A stretch of 63,149 bases of DNA, counting the filler, from Octopus bimaculoides (lineage: Eukaryota): assembly GCF_001194135.2 (NCBI RefSeq). It is 6 parts of 6 records of this genome, joined end to end, with 100 filler letters (N's around TTAATTAATTAA, not from the genome) between each part and the next. Parts side by side here need not be neighbours in the genome. Positions count along the whole stretch, not along the records: positions 46,503 to 60,373 come from NC_068999.1; 5 more parts are not named here. One strand, written 5' to 3'. Position 1 is the stretch's first letter, and every line of letters begins with the position of its first letter. A program made the position numbers and the translations under genes. Positions 49,081 through 59,035 of the stretch are shown here, piece after piece. The notes beneath the pieces are model-generated. The model saw nothing but the letters and a program-made list of their open reading frames with translations. It was not told the DNA's origin and ran no database searches.

Positions 49081-52020
49081 ACCAAAAAACTTGAGCCTGC
49101 ATTTTTCCCTTTACGGAAAAAGAAAAGCATCAAGTGCCGAAAATGAACTTTCTTATCTTCCGGGTTACAGAATTAACACAGGTTATAGGAACATAAACCT
49201 TCTTCCACGAAAATATAGCTTAAACTGTGGACTCAACCATGTTCTAAAATAAGTCGAAAGTTAAGCTACTATAAATCAGCTCGAACTTTCCGGACAACCC
49301 AATATATATGTAAGAAATGAAATGCTTATACGTGGACACAGTATAAAAAGCAGGTTCTGTCTGTGATCTTGGGGGGACCAAAAACGTAACGAATATTTAG
49401 CCATATGTGGACATGATCCAAAGAGTTCAGTTCTTTAATTTAAACATAATGTCCCCAGATCGGCCAAGTCTATTTGAAGGTATTTTATTTTAGAGCTTGT
49501 TTGCAAAATGACGGCATTTGTAATTATCTAACTTCTTGGCACATACTATATACATACACTAACATGTACAGTGCTATAATATCTCATGTACATAAAAGAC
49601 TATGAAACGGAACGTGCAAGAATTTTAGTGACAAGTTCTGCTACATATTTTTTTAGTGAACTGACTTAAAAGTACAGAGCTTTCATTAGGAAGTCATCGT
49701 ATTTATATCGGGTGTACTATTGGTGATTAGTATAAAATATGTACGCCACATGTTTGTTGTTTGATCTGTATTGAAAACATTAATTATTTTTCTACTGGAA
49801 TAGTCTCTATGGGATTTACGGTGCTTATGCAATGAAGGGAAGGCATAAATCACGTCACGGATCGTTGTTTCTGCGCTACCAGCATAAAAATGCACACGAA
49901 ACCAAGTAAAAGTATTTCCTACTCACATTTACACCATGCAATTCGTGTACTGCATTCTACTTATCTCACGGGATCTAACCTTCTTTCATATCTGTAATAA
50001 TAATGACTTCAATGATACATCGAGTTACAGTAAAAGCTCGATTAGGGAGTTTGAGACAGATCACAAATCTGAGAAGAGGCTTCATGTCACCATTCAACAG
50101 GCCATAACAGACATCTCTCTCACTCTTTCTTCTCCACAACTCCTATTTTTTTTTTTTGCTTGCTTTCTTTGAAAAAGAGATAAACCTAGTAATTCTGTAT
50201 ATGTTTCCAAATGGAATCAATACCCGGTACCCTTAATGTTACCTTGGACCAATTTACCTGTGTTCAGACCTTGGAGTCAGTTACTTCTCTGCAGTTCGCT
50301 AGCATCTTCTCTGCTATCTTTTCTAAGTTTAATGCCAACCAGGTTGGATATTGGTGGCGCCTAGCTATAAATCTACGATAATCTATCTCTGTTAGATACT
50401 GTGGAGCTAGCAACAAAGCCTCAACATCCCACTTCTTTTGGAAGCTCCGTACATTGCCGACTTCGTACTTAACACGATTCTCTAAATCCATCATATTTTT
50501 AAGACCTGCATTTCATGCACCCACAAGATACCGCCACTCTCGTAATCGAAACTATTTTTTTTTTTTGACGGTCAAAGCCATATCATAAGTTCAAAGCATT
50601 GTTCCGTTACAGTGAACTTGGATACATGAGATCTTCTTTCAGATAATATTACAGAACAAAAGAATGGTCTTTTGTCATGTATAAAACAATTATTTTGTCG
50701 CACTCAAATTTCCAAGCACACAAGATCAACACATGACGAATGCATTTCTTCTGATGTAATTTGACCACCGACTTTACAATAGCCGAAAGCAGTAAAGCTG
50801 TATAAAAATAGCGCGCACATACGCTCACACATATACATACATACTCGCGCACGCACACACACACACACCTACACAATTTACATTCTGATATGAGTCAATG
50901 ACATATCGACCAAATTCAACTTGCAATAACAACAAAGGACAATTTTGCACGCACACACAGAGACACACACACACACAAGATAAATTTGCGTCTATTGACG
51001 TAATGCAACAGGCATGTAAGGGACGACCGTGCGAACTCATAAAATGAGAAATGGTGACGAATGGAAAAACAGAGGACATACAAATATATATCAAAGATGA
51101 TATACGTGATATGTTATGCGACGATAACATAGATGACCAGTAATGAAAGACCACAACCGTATTAGATGAATAACAGAGATATTTATTGTGGCGTTAAAGA
51201 TGTATGTCTGTGTGAGAGTGTGAATGCGACATATAAGAACATAATCAAAGACAGGCCGTCATGCAAAGAAAAGTGTGTATGTGAGTGATACATGTATGTG
51301 TATGTGAGTTATTACAGCAGATGGAAAGAGAGTCAATATATNNNNNNNNNNNNNNNNNNNNNNNNNNNNNNNNNNNNNNNNNNNNNNNNNNNNNNNNNNN
51401 NNNNNNNNNNNNNNNNNNNNNNNNNNNNNNNNNNNNNNNNNNNNNNNNNNNNNNNNNNNNNNNNNNNNNNNNNNNNNNNNNNNNNNNNNNNNNNNNNNNN
51501 NNNNNNNNNNNNNNNNNNNNNNNNNNNNNNNNNNNNNNNNNNNNNNNNNNNNNNNNNNNNNNNNNNNNNNNNNNNNNNNNNNNNNNNNNNNNNNNNNNNN
51601 NNNNNNNNNNNNNNNNNNNNNNNNNNNNNNNNNNNNNNNNNNNNNNNNNNNNNNNNNNNNNNNNNNNNNNNNNNNNNNNNNNNNNNNNNNNNNNNNNNNN
51701 NNNNNNNNNNNNNNNNNNNNNNNNNNNNNNNNNNNNNNNNNNNNNNNNNNNNNNNNNNNNNNNNNNNNNNNNNNNNNNNNNNNNNNNNNNNNNNNNNNNN
51801 NNNNNNNNNNNNNNNNNNNNNNNNNNNNNNNNNNNNNNNNNNNNNNNNNNNNNNNNNNNNNNNNNNNNNNNNNNNNNNNNNNNNNNNNNNNNNNNNNNNN
51901 NNNNNNNNNNNNNNNNNNNNNNNNNNNNNNNNNNNNNNTGGCTGCTGCTGCTGTCGTGTGGTACACGGAACAGTTCTCAAAGAGAAACTGGACCGAGACA
52001 AATTTGGTTGCCGAGTTAAA

Positions 52021-52166
52021 GCTATTTATAACAAACTATAGGCTCCCGATGGCTTCAGAATTTTACTCTATCACGTGACCTTATTAGGGGCCGTGATTGG
52101 TCAGTTTGCGTTCTGGCGGGAAAGGTTCGAAGAAGTTGCCGATTCGAATAATAATCAGTCACGTGA
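52021..52166. promoter_or_regulatory. Promoter-like motif cluster
   Basis: TCACGTGAC (52071) and GTCACGTGA (52158) E-boxes, inverted CCAAT (52096), E2F consensus TGGCGGGAAA (52114), minus-strand TATAAATA (52030-23); locally CpG-rich. Confidence 0.5.
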
Positions 52167-52509
52167 TGATAAGGAATGGGTTCTCTACTACGCTCGCATT
52201 TATTTATATTTAAATGAGAAGATTGTATGTAATGGCGATAGTAGTTTGTATCTAGTGACGATAGGTAGTTTCACTACAGGCATATTACAATAAGTGTTCA
52301 GGTTGACTTACCACCAAAACACTGACTTGAACTACGACTAAAACAAAAGTGATGTAGCCGCCTAGAAATGAATGGCTACAAGTGGCGAAATTTGTCCCCT
52401 CTGATATATAGAAAACGGTGAATACTACATTCACTGGTATTGCGGCCATCGTCCAGACATCATTCGGTGTACGCAACTGAAACAACATTAAATCAAAACG
52501 AAACTCGTT

Positions 52510-52850
52510 TCAAACAATGTTCAAAATGTTAGATTGCGAATTCACTTCTTGAAGTATATTTAGCTTCGTCAAAATCAACTCGGAATTATTTTTCAGATCG
52601 TCCGCTAGTTTCTGTAGTTCTTGTGGCGTTTTCACTGGTTTACTTTGTTTCAGATTATTGAGGATTTCCTCGGTTACCAAGTGGGAATTGCCAAATCTAT
52701 TCTCGAAAATAGCAAGTGCTTGCTGATATCCCGCCTCACCACCGTTTAAGAGACAGCCCCTGATGGCAATTCTCGCTGGACTTTGTGTATACTGAATTAA
52801 ACGCGTCAGTTTGAAATCATTATCAGAACAAACCGAATCAACGTGTTAAC
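52510..52850 (-). mobile_element. BEL/Pao retrotransposon gag fragment (DUF1759-like)
   Basis: Met-less open frame HVDSVCSDNDFKLTRLIQYTQSPARIAIRGCLLNGGEAGYQQALAIFENRFGNSHLVTEEILNNLKQSKPVKTPQELQKLADDL..VNSQSNILNIV*. Confidence 0.78.
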
Positions 52851-53067
52851 TGGAACGACTCATGTACTGAGAAGAGCATTATCGCTGTGAAAACAACATC
52901 CATTCATGAATTTATTTATTTATTAATTTTTTTTAAAATACATATTTTGCCTGTGAATTTGCGTGTGTAAACTGGGAATGCATACAATAAGTTGCTCTGC
53001 CCTAGGTGTACGGAAAACACTCGGCGAGAAATGGAAGAAAATTTGAAGAAAGAAGAAAAAAAATAAC

Positions 53068-53104
<37 letters not shown>

Positions 53105-53311
53105 AAATGAGATGAAAANNNNNNNNNNNNNNNNNNNNNNNNNNNNNNNNNNNNNNNNNNNNNNNNNNNNNNNNNNNNNNNNNNNNNNNNNNNNNNNNNN
53201 NNNNNNNNNNNNNNNNNNNNNNNNNNNNNNNNNNNNNNNNNNNNNNNNNNNNNNNNNNNNNNNNNNNNNNNNNNNNNNNNNNNNNNNNNNNNNNNNNNNN
53301 NNNNNNNNNNN

Positions 53312-53344
<33 letters not shown>

Positions 53345-53510
53345 AATAAAATAAAAATGAAGGTAATTTTTCGTTAGGAGTGCCATTCAGAAAGTCCCGC
53401 GGGCTGCAATTTACCCATGACTGAACAATTAGGTATTGGAAGCTGATAGTTGACGACGTCAAAAAATGAGCAGCAAGCTTCCAAAGATTGTGATAGATGG
53501 ATAAACAGAG

Positions 53511-53548
<38 letters not shown>

Positions 53549-53869
53549 AAGTGAGATTTCGTTCCTACGGACTTTTCTGTAAAAAAAAAAAAAAAAGAAG
53601 GAAACAACAAAACAGGTAACATGATCACTTTTATACACGAAAATAACTATTTCTAAACATACACTGTACAATACAGACACATAAAAACACAAAAACATTT
53701 CGAGAAGAATAAATTTGGGAATTTAAAAGAATTCGAATATCGTAAGAGTGTGTTCTTATCACAAAAAATGTTGTCTACTGTGTGATGGGCGGTAGTGGAA
53801 GGAGTATTACTGGGTGGGGATGGGGGATGAGAAACAACATTTACTATCTTATAGTTCGTTATCACCAAC

Positions 53870-55560
53870 ATCAGTTTGAGGGAGCGAAGAACTTATACAA
53901 AGACGTTTGTTGTTTGTGACGCATCGTCTCTTGTACAACTCAGTATCGGAAATGAGTCAGTTGTAGAACATCTCTTGTAATTATCATGTTACGTTCACGA
54001 TCAGGATCTTAACCAGCAAAGATCTGTAGACTTCCCTCTTTAAGTGCCAATCCTTTAGCAATAATTTTTGTAGCCTATTTAAGTGGTGTGGGTAGAACTT
54101 CTGTTGTATCATCTGCATATCAGCTTGTTATCTTTCTAATAGTATCAGCTCTTCGTGAGATAAACTTTCTCTCTGGGACACCTGCAATCCAATCACATCA
54201 TCCTCTGACTTCTTCGAATCCTAATTCCTTTGCAAATCTCACAATACCTTTCCGAATTTGATGCAGACATTTTGCTTGATGAAAACTAGCAATGTCACGA
54301 ATACACTCTGGCCATATACTTCCAAGCACAAATCAAAGTTGGTTTCACGTCATCCCATGACTCAGCTACAGTTTCCAGAGCATCTATCATATTGACTTTC
54401 TTCCAGAAATATCCAACTGTAGGTTTATCCTCTTAGTCAATTACTTTCATTAGTTGTTTGAAAGTTCTCATATAACTTGCCTTGAAGTTATCTATCACGC
54501 CTTGATCCATTGGCTTGAGCAAAGAAGTTGTATTCTTGACGATATTTTCTACTCACACATTATCAGAAAAGTCATGTAAGTTCGCTGGGTGGCACGGTAG
54601 ATTGTTTAAAAGAAACATGCTTTGTTGGAAATGTTATGTCTAACATGGTACCTTTCTACCGCAGGTCAAAAACGTTTGTAAACCACTCTTTGAAAAGGTT
54701 CTTACTCATCCATGCTTTCTTATTTAAACGCCAAACCAGATAGATTAAACTTTGTGTAACCCTTGAAAGCCCTTAGACTGTCACAGTGATATACATGCAA
54801 GAGCTTTAATTTCTTATCCCCAGCGGCATTTCCTCCCGAAACAAGCGTCAGACAATTTTTGGAAGATTAAAATCCTGGTGTTAATTTTTCTTCTCGGGAA
54901 ATAAAAGCTCTACCAGGCATGTCATTCTAGAAAAGTGCAGTTTCATCAACATTGTGTACTTGCTCTGGTGTGTAGCTCCCTTCAGCAATCATTTTCTTCA
55001 GCTGCTCAGGATAATTAGTAAGAGTTTTTGTATCAGCGCTCGCAGTTTCACCAGTCATTTTTATGCTGTGCAAATTCATGTGCTTCTTAAACCTTTCAAA
55101 TCAGCCTTTACTAGCCAAAAAAATGTTTTTCATTAGAAATTTCACTTTCCTTTTTCTGCTGACCATCATATAAACTTTTGGCTCTCTTTTTTCAATTACC
55201 ATCGTATTTATCGGCACATTACGCCGATTCTGATCATCAATCCATACACTCGTGAGTCGTTCCATTTTAAACATTACATTAGATCTATGGAAAAACAAGG
55301 CCCAGGCAGTTAACGGACTATCTTCTTGAATACTTGACATAATTTTCTCTGTTTTGTCACATATTGCTCCCACTGCAATCGTTGCAAGATTTAATATTTT
55401 GGCAAACTTAATTTTACTTCTGCATCAAGTCTTTTTCAAACATCAAGTTTGATATCCAATGTAATCCCTTTACGGATCCTTTTCGCACTACTGCCTTCAA
55501 ATCTACTTCATAGCTTCTTTCCAGATCTTAAATTGAAGGCACATCCAACAGCTGCAGCGA
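53870..55560 (-). mobile_element. Tigger/pogo DNA transposon fossil
   Basis: HTH region (RKGITLDIKLDV, MERLTSVWIDDQ) and DDE region (NVDETALF, WRLNKKAWMSKNLFKEWFTNVF), with C-terminal KQQTSLYKFF; many stops and frameshifts. Confidence 0.88.
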
Positions 55561-55654
55561 TTAATTATCCACAACACGCTGTATAAAAAACTGGCCCAGG
55601 AAAGATGTTTTGTGAGGTTGGGAAATTGTCTTATTCCTATGGATGCAATAATAG

Positions 55655-55975
55655 CACTCCGTCGGTTACGACGACGAGCGTCCCAGCTAATACGATCAAC
55701 GGAATAGTCTGATCGTGAAATTAACGGGCAAATGGTTGAACACTCCACAGACATGCGTACCCTTAACGCAGTTCTCTGCGAGATTCAGCGTGACACACAG
55801 TGTGACAAGGCTGGCCCTTTGAAATACAGATACTACTCAGTTTTACCAGCTGAGTGGACTGGAGTAACATGCAATAAAGTATCTTGCTGAAGGACACAAA
55901 GCGCCGCCGGGTATTGAACTTACGACCTTACGATTGTGAGTCGAATAACCTAATCATTTAACCATGCGCCTTCAC
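55655..55975 (-). mobile_element. tRNA-derived CORE-type SINE family E
   Basis: Head GAAGGCGCATGG..AGTTCAATACCCGG and CORE-like GTGTCCTTCAGCAAGATACTT; related fragments at 1000-1260 (-). Confidence 0.8.
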
Positions 55976-56239
55976 GATGCAATAATGAAAATGAGATGAA
56001 AAGGTGATGTAGTATTAGATTCATGGTGCCTGAAAGAAATTGACGGAATAGCCATGATTGGAACGCTTCGAGTCATAGTTTTCAGCAAGTGAAGCCGATG
56101 AAGAAGTGAAACACCACCACCACCAACAGCAACAACAACAACGACGACGACGACAACTTGTTCATACACTCGGCAAATATCTCTAAAGTTTTACATGGTT
56201 AATAATTAAGAAACTATTTCAGAAAATACGTATACCATG

Positions 56240-56330
56240 ATGGGCCTGTGTGCCCCACTGACGTCACACACTTGGCCTTGCCAGATCCTGTTTCACTCTC
56301 TTTCGGCTGTCACTTCCGGACCCACTCCTT
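56240..56330. promoter_or_regulatory. Promoter-like motif pair (CRE and ETS)
   Basis: Full CRE TGACGTCA at 56259-66 and CACTTCCGG at 56311-19 in non-repeat sequence. Confidence 0.4.
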
Positions 56331-57870
56331 TCTAACTTTCGCTTTCCGAAGAAGCAACAACTATTTTCCGAGAGTTTCCACTCCTATCCTTAAAAAAGGG
56401 ATAAATATATACACAACCTTTTCTTCTGATCAATAATTCCAACATTAAAACTTAGTTATAGAAAAAGGTGGCAGGCTTTAAAAACAAATTTTTTTATTAG
56501 ATTACGTATTGATAAATAATTAACAATGTTAAAGGCTAATACCATTGAATGTTCGCATGTAAAAAATCCTCTGTATTTGCTGCTGGCTCCGCCTCCAACT
56601 ATACACACTGTTAAAAATATACCACTATTNNNNNNNNNNNNNNNNNNNNNNNNNNNNNNNNNNNNNNNNNNNNNNNNNNNNNNNNNNNNNNNNNNNNNNN
56701 NNNNNNNNNNNNNNNNNNNNNNNNNNNNNNNNNNNNNNNNNNNNNNNNNNNNNNNNNNNNNNNNNNNNNNNNNNNNNNNNNNNNNNNNNNNNNNNNNNNN
56801 NNNNNNNNNNNNNNNNNNNNNNNNNNNNNNNNNNNNNNNNNNNNNNNNNNNNNNNNNNNNNNNNNNNNNNNNNNNNNNNNNNNNNNNNNNNNNNNNNNNN
56901 NNNNNNNNNNNNNNNNNNNNNNNNNNNNNNNNNNNNNNNNNNNNNNNNNNNNNNNNNNNNNNNNNNNNNNNNNNNNNNNNNNNNNNNNNNNNNNNNNNNN
57001 NNNNNNNNNNNNNNNNNNNNNNNNNNNNNNNNNNNNNNNNNNNNNNNNNNNNAAAAGTTTCTGAAAGCAGTGCTGTATTTACTTACCAGTTGAAGGAAAT
57101 AATTCCTGCGAGAAATTATTTCAGAGTTGTTCCCCTTGCTTTGTTACATTTACCAAGATTGGATTTATTCTATCAGTTTTGTGTGTGAGGTTCGTGATTT
57201 AGTTCCCCCCGCCCCATTTAACTTTTAAGCCAGAAAGATTTGGAAACCTTCAATAATTAGGACTTTCGTGATAAGCATCCATCCGGGAACCCGTATGCCT
57301 TATAAGGCGATTGATCTCCACCTGGAAAGTTGTTCTCTTTAAAAAAAATTATGGAAAACCAAGTTACCAGTGCGTGCAAGTTCATACTTACCATCGACGT
57401 TGTCAAAACAAACTGAAATATTTTGGTGCTAACGGCCATTGCAGACGTTACCGTTAGAAAAAGATACCGGAGAGCAGGCGTTCCGTCCCATTTCGCTGTC
57501 CTTAACTAGTACTTAATTATTTATCGACCCTGAAATAATGAATATCAAAACTACTCTATATGGTTGTTCAGCATGCAAGATATAGCAGCCAAATCACCCT
57601 TAATGAGATGAAGTGGTGGAGGCTGACTTCAGGCCTCTGAGCTTAAGGTATGTGATGACAAAGGACCGGAAAACAGTACAAAGATAAAGACTTCTGACAT
57701 TGTGTAAAAGGTGTGTTCCTGATGAATCTCCTCTTCAAACAATCACTTCAATGCATCCAAATTAGACCCATTGTTATTTCCATTTGGGATAAAGGATGAA
57801 GAGTCAACTTAATTTTTGATGTTGGAGGCAAGAGTCATAAAATATTACAAATGGATTTTTACAAATATAG

Positions 57871-58017
57871 GCTCATGGCTGGGAACGTGATTTCCATATC
57901 CTTCAATACTCAGGTCGTTTAACTCAGGAATATTGCTGTGATGTGTATTCCAAGACTGAAGAAGCAGAGTTACTGTGTGGATTCGATATAATAAAAAAAA
58001 AAAATCAGAACATATAT
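57871..58017 (+). CDS. Candidate exon of an uncharacterised MYND-associated-domain protein (possibly degenerate)
   Basis: Open frame AHGWERDFHILQYSGRLTQEYCCDVYSKTEEAELLCGFDIIKKKNQNIY after an AG. W-x3-H resembles the end of a MYND finger. Phase-0 gtatca donor is compatible with the exon at 58850. Splice sites are weak. Confidence 0.4.
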
Positions 58018-58033
58018 GTATCAAAATATTCAT

Positions 58034-58490
58034 GACTAGCAGTATAGCCCGGCTTTGCCCGGGATTAAGTTAGGATTATTAAGCTAATCAAGTTCTTTAT
58101 TTCAAACTAAACTAGGTATTATCGACGTCAAATTTGAGCGAAATCCGTTGAAATTGGTAAACTTTTGGTTGAAAATGATTTTCAGACAACTTGATTGGGA
58201 AATCCCATAAGGAATCGGTTTATCGATTTTTTCCACTCGTCGATTTTTTTTTTGTTTTTTTTTTAGCATTCAAAGATCCCATGAATCCTAAGTAATGCTG
58301 GCATCAAGTTTGAACAAAATGCATCAGATTTGATGACAGTTATGGTTGAAAATGGGGTGTAGCCAATTTTATTGGGAAATCCTATAAAGAATCGGTTTAT
58401 CGATTTTTTTAATCCTGATTAAATGGAAAACCCCATAACGAATCAGTTTATTGATTTTTCACCCCAAATAGGATTTAACAGAACACAACA
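58034..58490 (+). mobile_element. Helentron/Helitron-like non-autonomous element with internal repeats
   Basis: Starts ACTAGCAGTATAGCCCGGCTTTGCCCGGG (short sub-terminal hairpin); three diverged copies of GGGAAATCC.ATAA.GAATCGGTTTATCGATTTT. Confidence 0.6.
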
Positions 58491-58849
58491 TTGCTGATTC
58501 AAAAGCATCTATATTTATACTTAAAGTTGGTTTTCATACCCAACCCAGTTCTGCAGAATCAGTGTCGCAACGGGAGCCCATGGGCTGGGAGTTTGATCGG
58601 CAGAGGTAATCAGGTTGCACATGCCAGCCCTTTGAAAACACCACCCCATCATATAACCCCCCTTTGCCCATGGGTTGGGAACCCTTCCAGCAAGGAAAAT
58701 AGANNNNNNNNNNNNNNNNNNNNNNNNNNNNNNNNNNNNNNNNNNNNNNNNNNNNNNNNNNNNNNNNNNNNNNNNNNNNNNNNNNNNNNNNNNNNNNNNN
58801 NNNACCTCAATTATCATTAAATAATAATAAACTTTTCTTCTTTTTTCAG

Positions 58850-59035
58850 GATATTGAAGGTTGCATATATAGTCTGATATTTTATCATAAAGAATCAGAT
58901 CCTTATCCATATTTTTCCTGGGACCAACTGAAAGTCGGGAAGTATATTTGTATCTTGGAACCTGAGATTCATTATTTTCTTGATGGACAAGTTGGTTTTA
59001 GAATTAATTCCACCTGGGAAGTTAGAGTTTTATAA
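58850..59035 (+). CDS. Terminal exon of an uncharacterised MYND-associated-domain protein
   Basis: Strong acceptor (acttttcttcttttttcag). Reads DIEGCIYSLIFYHKESDPYPYFSWDQLKVGKYICILEPEIHYFLDGQVGFRINSTWEVRVL*. The D-x-x-G..FY..L-x-x-G..I-x-I..H-x-F-L-D-G-x-x-G-x-R-I pattern matches the domain that accompanies MYND fingers in fungal, oomycete and invertebrate proteins (recognised from memory). Confidence 0.62.
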   Translation, partial: DIEGCIYSLIFYHKESDPYPYFSWDQLKVGKYICILEPEIHYFLDGQVGFRINSTWEVRVL

